NCBI GenBank assembly: GCA_963722655.1
Contig: CAVRNT010000002.1
Span: 71,461 to 135,460 of the forward strand
DNA: 64,000 nt
Origin: an uncultured bacterium
GTDB taxonomy: Bacteria > Patescibacteriota > Minisyncoccia > UBA6257 > GWB1-50-10
Direction of reading: 5' to 3'
Shown here: positions 1 to 13,057 of the stretch, in pieces
Layout: each line of letters begins with the position of its first letter
Numbering within the stretch: the stretch's first letter is position 1
Notes under the pieces: model-generated
What the model saw: only the letters and a program-made list of their open reading frames with translations
Databases searched by the model: none
Told to the model about the DNA's origin: nothing
Program-made: the position numbers and the translations under genes

Positions 1-2
1 AA

Positions 3-608
3 TATGGTAAACCGTCTAAGTCTTTCGCCGTCGTCGCGTCGGGGCTCTATGATCTCGGCAAGATTTTTTCTTTACAAAAAAACGAATATGTCCATTTTGT
101 AAAAGATTTGTTTGAGATCGAGGACACAATAACGAAAAAAATCGGCGGCGTTGAAGTTGATGGAAAGAAACGTGGGTACTATGTGAAGATCTTTCCGTAT
201 TGGGATTTGAAAAACGCCAGCGTTGACGAAAGGTATTTGCAGGAATTGCACAGGAATATTGGCGGAAAAATAGACGATAGATTTTACATAATCGCTCCGG
301 CGAATAATGTAAATTTCATTAGCGACTATCAGCAGATAGGCAGTGTTCGGTATTATTTCCTGAAAGTGCCGTATCAGATAATCAAGGAATTGCACAAAGT
401 GCAATTTAAGAAATTTCGCCAGCCGCAAAGCAAAAGCCAAATCAATGACTTGGACGAGGCAATCGGTTTTCATTTTATTCGTCAGCCGGAAGTAAAATCG
501 GAAATTAAGAAGTTGAAAGATAAGATTGTCTTGAAAATAAAAAAGTTCGAATCCGCTTATTCTGAAGATGAGGCTGGCGAAAAGCTCAAGAATTTCGAAA
601 GCTTGGCA
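3..608 (+). CDS. Partial C-terminal region of a probable DNA methyltransferase (type III Mod-like), open at the window start and cut at a junction near 609
   Basis: The frame is open from base 3 (YGKPSKSFAVVASGLYDL...KFRQPQSK...DEAIGFHF), resembling Mod-family C-termini. AT-rich sequence switches abruptly to GC-rich sequence near 609. No catalytic motif is visible. Confidence 0.45.
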
Positions 609-2322
609 CAATCCTCTGGAGAAGATAGGCGGCGTCACGGTCGCCGAGCAGGTGAACGAACTCGTGAGCGGCTTCAGGAAAATCTGGTCCGATTCATGGG
701 GCGCCAGGATGGAAGACCTGATGAGGAACTCGATGATCGCCCTCGGCGAGTCCGGCAACACGCTGGTCGATCTGCCGGTCTTCCTTTCGAGGAGGGCGTT
801 TAGACAAATGGTCATGAGAAAAGTGACCCACCCGGTGGCAGTGGAATATTTCGCTAGGTTCGAAGCCATGACGGACCGGGCCCAGGTAACCTGGACCGAG
901 CCGGTCATGAATAAGGTGAACGCGCTCTTGTCGGATGACCGGGTCAGGCAGATATTCTCCGCGCCAGAAAGCTCTTTCGATCTGAGAGACGTGATCGATT
1001 CAAAGAAGATTCTCCTGATCAAGCTCGACAAGGGGAAGCTCAAGGACTCCGCGGATCTTCTGGGCGCCCTGCTTCTCGGCAAAGTCCAGATGGCCGCCTT
1101 TTCGAGAAGCGACCTGCCCCAGAGGAAGAGGATTCCGTTCTACCTCTACATTGATGAGTTCCAGAATTTCGCGACGGAGTCTTTTTCGCTGGTTCTTTCC
1201 GAGGCGAGGAAGTACGGCCTTTCGCTCATCATGGCACACCAGACGCTCGCCCAGATTCCGGACGAACTGAGAAGCCTGATCCTGGGAAACGCCGGTCTTC
1301 AGGTTTGCTTCCGGCTCAACCGGCAGGATGCCTCGCTTCTCGCGAAGGAGGCCTTCAGTTATTCCGGCAGGGAGGTGAAGGCAGTCAGTTCTTTCAGTCC
1401 GATCTATTGGAGTTTTTCCGAGGAATGGGAAATGAAAACGGAGGAGCTCCAGAATCTCCAGCCGCGGTTCTGCTACGTGAAGCACAAGGTGCGGGGCGGG
1501 CTGATATCAATCCAGACGGTCGAGATCGAACAACCTTGGGTTCCTGCGGGGATGGGCCAGGACGAATTCGAGAAGCATCTGGAAGCGTTGCCGTTCGGCA
1601 AAAAGTATCTTAGGACGAGGGCGGAGCTCTCATCCGAGATGAAGGAAAGGCAGGACCGAAACCTCAAGGTACTCCGGGTGAGGGAAGACGAGCGCCGGAA
1701 GTCCCTTGAAGCCGAGCGGCCGCGAAAAGAAAAAATGGCTGGCGCAGTATCGGTTCAAGAGCAGCCGAGCGAAGCTGAAAGGGAAGCTCTTCCTAATGCC
1801 ATTGAAACCTCAAACGAGAAGTCCGAGTCTCAGCACAGGTATTTGCAGACCCTCATAAAGAAAATGGCGGAGGGAAAGGGCTACCGGGCGACCATCGAAG
1901 CCGTGACGCCCGACGGCAAGGGCAGAGTTGACATCGTGCTTGAGAGGGAAAGCGAGAAGATAGCGTGCGAGATTTCGAGCACGACGGACGAATACCACGA
2001 GACCGAGAACATCAGGAAGTGCCTGCTCGCCGGTTACGGAGAGGTGATAATGTGTTCGCCGGACAGGAAGAAGGCGGAGAAGATCAAGGCGCTTGTGTCG
2101 GGACAGTTCGGACCGGACGACCAGGCGAAAGTCCTGTTCTTCACACCGGAAGAACTCGCCGCGTACTTCAGCGCCAAGGCCGAAGTCGTCCGCGAAAGCA
2201 AAATAAAGGGGTACAAGGTGAAGGTCCAGTATCCCGGCGGCGAGAATGCCGAGAAACGGAAACGCCAGGCGGTCGCCGACGTAATCCTGAAGTCCTTCCG
2301 ACGCCTCAGGAACGAGAAATGA
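568..2322 (+). CDS. VirD4/TraD-like (type IV coupling protein/HerA-like) ATPase, N-terminally truncated
   Basis: Contains NPLE...WGARMEDLMRN, Walker B FYLYIDEFQNF and LSEARKYGLSLIMAHQ. Walker A is missing because recognisable homology starts only near 609. The C-terminus is nuclease-like (GRVDIV...IACEIS). Confidence 0.8.
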   Translation: MRLAKSSRISKAWHNPLEKIGGVTVAEQVNELVSGFRKIWSDSWGARMEDLMRNSMIALGESGNTLVDLPVFLSRRAFRQMVMRKVTHPVAVEYFARFEAMTDRAQVTWTEPVMNKVNALLSDDRVRQIFSAPESSFDLRDVIDSKKILLIKLDKGKLKDSADLLGALLLGKVQMAAFSRSDLPQRKRIPFYLYIDEFQNFATESFSLVLSEARKYGLSLIMAHQTLAQIPDELRSLILGNAGLQVCFRLNRQDASLLAKEAFSYSGREVKAVSSFSPIYWSFSEEWEMKTEELQNLQPRFCYVKHKVRGGLISIQTVEIEQPWVPAGMGQDEFEKHLEALPFGKKYLRTRAELSSEMKERQDRNLKVLRVREDERRKSLEAERPRKEKMAGAVSVQEQPSEAEREALPNAIETSNEKSESQHRYLQTLIKKMAEGKGYRATIEAVTPDGKGRVDIVLERESEKIACEISSTTDEYHETENIRKCLLAGYGEVIMCSPDRKKAEKIKALVSGQFGPDDQAKVLFFTPEELAAYFSAKAEVVRESKIKGYKVKVQYPGGENAEKRKRQAVADVILKSFRRLRNEK

Positions 2323-2368
2323 AATCCGGTTGGGAAAATTCGCAATCAATAAATGAGGGAGACGATAA

Positions 2369-2752
2369 ATGAAAAAGTGGAACTTAAGCGTCGTGCTGAT
2401 CGGAGCGCTGTCGATTGCGCTGGCGATCAGTCTGGTAATGAACTTCTCAGGCGAGACCAAGGCTCAGATGTTTTCCAAAAATTTCTCTTCTCAACTGAAG
2501 GAGTGTGTTGGGGACACCTTGGGAATAAGGATAGACTCACAGGATCTGTCCATGCAACAGATGTACAACACTAAGGCGGTACTTCAAGAGGTGGGCTCTG
2601 ACTTTGTGAGGTTCGACGTTTTGATTGATGGGCAGCCGCTGGCGAAAGTTGTCGTGCCAATGAATTCGATTTCAAGAATCATGACTGGCTCCATAAAGGG
2701 CAAATTGGTGCTCTTCAACCTCAAATTCACGAGCGGTGAATTCATAGCTTGA
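2369..2752 (+). CDS. Hypothetical secreted or membrane-anchored protein
   Basis: GAGGGAG SD-like site upstream; basic N-terminus followed by a hydrophobic helix. Confidence 0.7.
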   Translation: MKKWNLSVVLIGALSIALAISLVMNFSGETKAQMFSKNFSSQLKECVGDTLGIRIDSQDLSMQQMYNTKAVLQEVGSDFVRFDVLIDGQPLAKVVVPMNSISRIMTGSIKGKLVLFNLKFTSGEFIA

Positions 2753-2762
2753 CCGCCGACCG

Positions 2763-4160
2763 TTAGCTTGAATTGTTCTGGCATTTTTGCCGTTTCATCA
2801 AGTTGCCATCGACAAATTCGACGACCTTCTTCATTACTGAGTGAAATGACCTGGCGCCACCGCGTTCCAGTCTGCTTAGGGTTGCCGGATCGATTCCGAT
2901 CAACCGGGCAAGCCCTTTTTGACTGAGACCAATGGACAGGCGATAGCGGAGGAGTTTGCCCGCTAAATCATGGTCTTCCGACGCGAAGGGATCGTATCCC
3001 AGAAATGATATGACCGCTGGGATTTCCCTTGGCAGGGGTTTTGTCCTGTTCTTTTCCCAGTTCCAGATCGTCGCTTCATCGACTTTGATGGTGTGTGCGA
3101 CCTGTTTCTGCGTCATCTTCAGGTCCAGCCGCCGTCTCCTGATGTGGTCGCCGACTGTCGCGACTTGCCGGGGGTACGCCTTGGAAACGGGCTTTTTAGC
3201 GATTAATTGGACATCAAGAATGGCAACGCAGGGATGAGGATGCGTTGCCATTGAGGGGGAATTCAAGGAGTGGGGGACGTAGGACAGGTTTATTTGGATT
3301 TCATCGCCGGACACGATGATCTTCTCCGTTATGGTTTCGACGATCCTGCGTTTCTCGCTGGGTTCCAGGCTGGACCATCGCGAGTACAGGTCTTGAGCCT
3401 CGTTAACGACCTCGTCGCTCGATAGGTACTGTATCTTGAGGAAATCGATCTCTCCCTGCAATTCGGGCAGTTGTCTCTCGATTTGCTTGAAACGCTCGTC
3501 CAGCGGCTTGTAATGCCTCCCAACGGCCTCCTGGGGCACCGTCTTGTCCAAGTAGAGTTTCATGATCCGGTCCATCTCCTCCCGGATGGTCTTGGATTCG
3601 GCATCGATGGTTTCGAGGAGGCGCTCCTTTTCCCGGATGGTCTCATCCGCATGGCTCAGGTATTTCGCGATTTCTTCTGGGGAGAAGAAGAAAGCCTTGA
3701 GCTGCTCCTGGAAAACAGACTCAAGGTCGGCGGTGGCGATCTTGTTATGGCACTTGCGGCAGTAGTAGTTGGCGGATTTCGAGGGGACCGGCATCCCCGT
3801 GCCGCACGCGGAACAGTAAACGAGGCCGGAGAAAAGGTGAAGCGACTTCCTGGCGGGGGGTCTCCTTTGGGCGTGTTGTTCCTCAAGCATCTGGTTGCAA
3901 TGGTCCCACGTCTCCTCGGAGACAATCGGCTCGATTTCGGATAGCACCCATTCGTCTTCCGGTTTCAGAATCCACTTCTTTCCCTCACCAAGGGACTTCG
4001 TGTAATTGGCTCGTCTCAAACCCTTGGCACTCGGATCGCGGAGAAGCCGGTCAACCGTCGTGTCGCTGAACTTGGAACCGTTCCTTGTCCTGTGACCCCG
4101 CTCGTTGAGCATCCGTGCCACTGTCTTCTTGCGGCGGTGTTCGAGGAAAAGATCGTACAT
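2763..4160 (-). CDS. Large serine recombinase (recombinase domain, zinc ribbon, coiled coil) in frame with two XRE-family HTH domains
   Basis: VARMLNERGHRTRNG, IEPIVSEETWD, LFSGLVYCSACG...YYCRKC and KRRIVETITEKIIV, then GDHIRRRRLDLKMTQKQVA and RYRLSIGLSQKGLARLIGIDPATLSRLE. Confidence 0.9.
   Translation of the reverse strand: MYDLFLEHRRKKTVARMLNERGHRTRNGSKFSDTTVDRLLRDPSAKGLRRANYTKSLGEGKKWILKPEDEWVLSEIEPIVSEETWDHCNQMLEEQHAQRRPPARKSLHLFSGLVYCSACGTGMPVPSKSANYYCRKCHNKIATADLESVFQEQLKAFFFSPEEIAKYLSHADETIREKERLLETIDAESKTIREEMDRIMKLYLDKTVPQEAVGRHYKPLDERFKQIERQLPELQGEIDFLKIQYLSSDEVVNEAQDLYSRWSSLEPSEKRRIVETITEKIIVSGDEIQINLSYVPHSLNSPSMATHPHPCVAILDVQLIAKKPVSKAYPRQVATVGDHIRRRRLDLKMTQKQVAHTIKVDEATIWNWEKNRTKPLPREIPAVISFLGYDPFASEDHDLAGKLLRYRLSIGLSQKGLARLIGIDPATLSRLERGGARSFHSVMKKVVEFVDGNLMKRQKCQNNSS
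3219..3252. repeat. Perfect 12-bp inverted repeat with a 10-bp spacer; attP-like site
   Basis: AATGGCAACGCA-GGGATGAGGA-TGCGTTGCCATT lies at the recombinase/HTH boundary, with a central TG/CA at 3235-3236. Confidence 0.75.
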
Positions 4161-4593
4161 GAGCCTCCTGACGGGAGCCTCCTTCGGCTCGGGGACCAGT
4201 TTTCTGTCCAGCCAACGGTAGCCGAACGGCGCCGCTCCGCAGCGGTTTCCCAGCTTCGCCGTATCGGGACGGAGGCGGCGACCTGTCGGCTATCTCCTCG
4301 CGTTCACTGGGCCATGGCGGCGATCATGGTGTAAAAGAGACGGCCTGACGAACTCGAAAATGTCGGATCAATTCCTGGAGCGAAACGAGGTCGGCGTATA
4401 TTGCCGGAATATCTCGGCGAACTCCAAGAGTTCGCGGGTATTCGGCGAGCCGTGCAGCTTGGAGAATATAAGTGCGGTTATCCGTCCGCACTTGATGTCG
4501 TCGAGCATGCGCTGTGTTTCTGGATAGCCCATGACGGTCTTTCCGCTCATCGCCTCAAGGTGGTAAATCTCTTTCACCTCCCAGCCTTCGACT
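4161..4593 (-). pseudogene. Frameshifted N-terminal catalytic (resolvase) part of the same recombinase; the indels are probably sequencing errors
   Basis: EIYHLEAMSGKTVM, ALIFSKL and GRLFYTMIAAMA occur in shifting frames next to the homopolymer gap. Confidence 0.75.
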
Positions 4594-4594
4594 C

Positions 4595-9763
<5,169 letters not shown>

Positions 9764-9852
9764 AATTCCGGGTTATCCAGTACATAAGGAGTGTATTGTT
9801 GACGTGAGCGGCACGTTTACCATTCTTACGGACCGTTCCTCATCGCCTTACG

Positions 9853-10383
9853 ATGAATCCAGAATCATTAAAAAAGAAAAAGGAGATGAGGATCATGTCA
9901 TTCAACAAACATGAGAAGGTTGAAGTGGGATTCAACCAGGCGACGAGGCTCCGGCTCATCAAGACCGAACCCTTCATCGGCACCAACGATTACGGGAGGT
10001 ACTACCGCTATGACGTTCTCGACCTCGGCGACGACAAGGAGAAATCGTTCTTCGCCCCTGATTACCTCCATGAGGAGATGAAGGAGAAGGGGCTGGCCGC
10101 CGGGAAGGAATTCGCGGTGAAGAAGGTGCCCTTCAAGAATAACGGGAAACCTTCTTCGCGGATTGAGCTTTCCGTGAACGGCGCGGCTTCGCCACGAAGA
10201 GAAAACCATCAAGCATCGCCCAAGCTGAATTTCCGCGACATCATGCTGGAGTGCCTGAAGGACGCGGTCGAGATCGTGAATTCGGTGAAGGAGGTCCCGT
10301 TCCAGACGAATGATATCCGTTCCATCGCCGCGACGCTCTTCATCGCCAAGGTGAAGCAGTGGAATTACCGGGAAGGCGACTGA
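9853..10383 (+). CDS. Hypothetical mobile-element protein
   Basis: Clean ORF with GC3-biased codons; an alternative start near 9886 follows AGGAG. Confidence 0.7.
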   Translation: MNPESLKKKKEMRIMSFNKHEKVEVGFNQATRLRLIKTEPFIGTNDYGRYYRYDVLDLGDDKEKSFFAPDYLHEEMKEKGLAAGKEFAVKKVPFKNNGKPSSRIELSVNGAASPRRENHQASPKLNFRDIMLECLKDAVEIVNSVKEVPFQTNDIRSIAATLFIAKVKQWNYREGD

Positions 10384-10385
10384 TC

Positions 10386-10679
10386 ATGGACAAGACGGAT
10401 AGCGCAGGGGCAGACACGGGTAAGCTGGCGGGTGACGGTGTGCGCAGACTCCGGAAAGTCCAGTATGCGTACTATGACCACGGCTCTGACGCGCCGCATC
10501 CAGTCATTCGGATAGCTGGGAAGTACCTTGAAAAATTCGGATTCAGAATCGGAGATACGATCGAGGTGGAGATCGGAAACGGTGAAATATCCATAAGCAA
10601 GCTGTCGGACTCCGTGGGGGATTACCTCAACGAAGCTGGTCCGGATTCCTCTGATGAATCCCAAAACAAAAGGGAGTAG
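10386..10679 (+). CDS. SymE-like (AbrB-fold) type I toxin family protein
   Basis: PVIRIAGKYLEKFGFRIGDTIEVEIGNGEISISK resembles the SymE signature (P-I-L-G-WL---GF--G--V-V). Confidence 0.65.
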   Translation: MDKTDSAGADTGKLAGDGVRRLRKVQYAYYDHGSDAPHPVIRIAGKYLEKFGFRIGDTIEVEIGNGEISISKLSDSVGDYLNEAGPDSSDESQNKRE

Positions 10680-10696
10680 CTCAACTACTCCCTTTT
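10668..10696 (+). terminator. Rho-independent terminator
   Basis: AAAAGGGAGTAG-CTCAA-CTACTCCCTTTTT. Confidence 0.8.
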
Positions 10697-10759
10697 TACT
10701 TTACGAGAGAATCTAGTTCATCTTGACTCAGGCGAATATCCAAACATATACTTTTAATA

Positions 10760-11770
10760 ATGGATAAGGAAACTCAACTGAAATTCAGAATATCAAAGAT
10801 CGCCAATCAATTTTTCTTCATTACCAATTTGGCTGAATGGGATTTCAGTTGTAGGACGGAATATAGTGCCTTGTGGATTGAACACACTGGCCCTCTTAAT
10901 GCGGAGGAAAAAGAAACGCTCCTAGCGGTGAAGAAGATCATACAGGCACACAGTCCCTATCATTATGAGGATGGGCGATCAAATTCACTTTGGAATTGTT
11001 TCTACACGCTTTCAAGCAGTTCTGCTTGGAAACGTGCGAGACTCGCCCTCACCGATTCGGATTACAACCAATTGAAGCGGGCTTTCAATCTGTTCGATTG
11101 GCGCTTCAAGAGAATTTGGCGGCGTTCAAATCTGCAAAAGGACGTTTCGAGACTGAAGCAGCTATCTCAGGCAAGGAGTTGCCGTGTTGCCATTCGAGAA
11201 ATGTTCCACTTCTTGGGGCTGACGGACATTCCATCGCAGCTGGAGGTTGTCGCATTGATGTCCCCGCTTAGTGGCGATTCGGTGACTGCTGCGGGTGGTG
11301 CAAACGTGGATGATCGACATATTACTCTCGAAATCCCATCACTGAGGCCCAATACATGGGAATTGGAACACTCTCTAGGGGTTCTAATCCACGAGGTAGG
11401 CCATATCGCGATGAGAATAGGTGCGAAAGCGGGATCTCTTGTCAAGAATATGAGCGGGAACATTAGGTTCGGCCAGAATCAAAGGCCCTTTCGCGAAATT
11501 TTGGAGGAGACGATCATAGATTGCCTTGCCCCTTCTGGCTTTCTCGCTCAACATTACTTTCGGTTCAAGCCAACAACATTGTTCACAGAAGACATGCCAC
11601 GCATCTTCGAACACTTTCTCAGGTTCAAAAGCGGCCGTCGATATTCGCCGTACAAAGTTGGCCAATATTTTGTCTGGCAACTCTATCCAATCACCGCATC
11701 ATACATGGGGAACAAAAAGACCATCGACAAAGCCTTTGTCGAATGCGTTGTCAATTTACTGAAGAGGTAA
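10760..11770 (+). CDS. HExxH-motif protein (putative metallopeptidase or metalloenzyme)
   Basis: GGAN...LIHEVGHIA with a downstream ILEETII third-ligand-like motif. Confidence 0.65.
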   Translation: MDKETQLKFRISKIANQFFFITNLAEWDFSCRTEYSALWIEHTGPLNAEEKETLLAVKKIIQAHSPYHYEDGRSNSLWNCFYTLSSSSAWKRARLALTDSDYNQLKRAFNLFDWRFKRIWRRSNLQKDVSRLKQLSQARSCRVAIREMFHFLGLTDIPSQLEVVALMSPLSGDSVTAAGGANVDDRHITLEIPSLRPNTWELEHSLGVLIHEVGHIAMRIGAKAGSLVKNMSGNIRFGQNQRPFREILEETIIDCLAPSGFLAQHYFRFKPTTLFTEDMPRIFEHFLRFKSGRRYSPYKVGQYFVWQLYPITASYMGNKKTIDKAFVECVVNLLKR

Positions 11771-12881
11771 CATCAAGGGGCGTGGACTTTAGCTTACCGC
11801 TTGAGATAATATCTCTGATTCTCGTCTGGATATAACGGAAGGTTTCCTGCCGAGCCTCGCAATATGGATAGTCGCCGTCATATCTTCCGGAATGCCAATA
11901 CGACGCCTCTCGGCAGCCGCCACGGCAGAGGGATAGGTACGCGCACTTGAGACATTTTGCGTTTACGTGCACTGAACGCATCTTCCTTAGTTTATGTGTT
12001 TTCTTTGACGATAGGATTTTGATAAGCGGTTCGGAGAAAACATTTCCTAGGACAAATTCTTCGGATGAAAATGAACCGCATGGCATGACTGTCCCGTCTG
12101 GTGCCACCGTAACCATTCTCTTAAGACAAGATGAGCTGAAAGAACACAGCTGTGGCGGAATGCCGAGTAATGATTGCACCATACTGTATATCGGGTCCAG
12201 TGTCAGCATGGTCTCGTTGCTTGGGTCAACCCACAATTCGAAGGTAGTCCGATAAAGTTCGAAGAGTTCCTCATTGGTGGGGGCTTCCACTCGTCTGCCA
12301 TTTGGGGTGCTCATCAATGGTAGTAACGAGTAAGAGGTTGCTCCCGATGAAGAGAAGAAACGATATATCTCGGAACCCCGCAGAACATTTCTTTTGGTTA
12401 CAACGCATAGGAAGCTGAGGGGGAACTTCTTCTCCCGCATGAGTGTGATGGTATGAGAAATCTCCGCTTCAATACCTGGATCTCCCATTGTTCTTTGGAA
12501 CCTTTGCACATCAGGTGGGGCGTCATAGCTGACACCTACGGAAAACTTATTCTTGTTAAAGAATTCTAGCCATTCACCATTGATCAGCGTTCCATTGGTC
12601 TGCAAAGTGTTCTTGAAGACTGTTGCGTTTTTCCTGGTGATCTCAGTTTCGGTTTCAACGGCTGTCTCATAGAATTCTAACCCTGCCAACATTGGTTCGC
12701 CGCCATGCCAGGTGAATTTGACTGAGTCAAAGCCTCGCGACGCATTTCGGACCACATTCTGCATTTCAGCGACGGACATTTTGCACACGCCCTTCCTTGA
12801 AGCCATGACATAACAATCATAGCCACAATGCATATTGCATTCGGAACTGGTCTGAACGATGACACTAATTGTGTTGCCCAA
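11751..12881 (-). CDS. Radical SAM/SPASM-domain enzyme (anaerobic sulfatase maturase/peptide maturase-like)
   Basis: CNMHCGYDC, TWHGGEPML, LQTNGTLI and VGVSYDAP, plus SPASM cysteines CSFSSSC...DGTVMPC...CLKCAYLSLCRGGC...YC. TTG start. Confidence 0.9.
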   Translation of the reverse strand: MGNTISVIVQTSSECNMHCGYDCYVMASRKGVCKMSVAEMQNVVRNASRGFDSVKFTWHGGEPMLAGLEFYETAVETETEITRKNATVFKNTLQTNGTLINGEWLEFFNKNKFSVGVSYDAPPDVQRFQRTMGDPGIEAEISHTITLMREKKFPLSFLCVVTKRNVLRGSEIYRFFSSSGATSYSLLPLMSTPNGRRVEAPTNEELFELYRTTFELWVDPSNETMLTLDPIYSMVQSLLGIPPQLCSFSSSCLKRMVTVAPDGTVMPCGSFSSEEFVLGNVFSEPLIKILSSKKTHKLRKMRSVHVNAKCLKCAYLSLCRGGCREASYWHSGRYDGDYPYCEARQETFRYIQTRIRDIISSGKLKSTPLDVTSSVN

Positions 12882-12918
12882 AAGAATTAGTCGCCCCCCA
12901 TACTAACGCGCGGTGCTC

Positions 12919-13053
12919 TCAATGGGTATGATCGTGCCGCGGCTCGTCAGAATGGTGCTCGTGCGTATCCGTGTATCTGTCGCAGTTCTTTGATTTGGAA
13001 GAGTCGTGACTCAGAAATTCCAACGCTTCTCTGACGACTCGGCCATGGAACTT
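12919..13053 (-). CDS. Putative RiPP precursor peptide (His/Asp-rich core); not in the ORF track and its 5' end is uncertain
   Basis: The frame reads KFHGRVVREALEFLSHDSSKSKNCDRYTDTHEHHSDEPRHDHTH*. Its stop lies ~40 bp upstream of the radical SAM start on the same strand. A possible TTG start is at 13023. Confidence 0.6.
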   Translation of the reverse strand, partial: KFHGRVVREALEFLSHDSSKSKNCDRYTDTHEHHSDEPRHDHTH

Positions 13054-13057
13054 TCAA

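Noticed and set aside
108-803. 231-aa ORF as a single real protein
   Set aside because: It crosses the junction near 609, and its last ~65 residues are an off-frame reading of the ATPase gene.
11751-12881. Calling the radical SAM enzyme a true anaerobic sulfatase maturase
   Set aside because: The fold is similar, but no sulfatase gene is in the window and a peptide-like ORF lies directly upstream. The function is left open.
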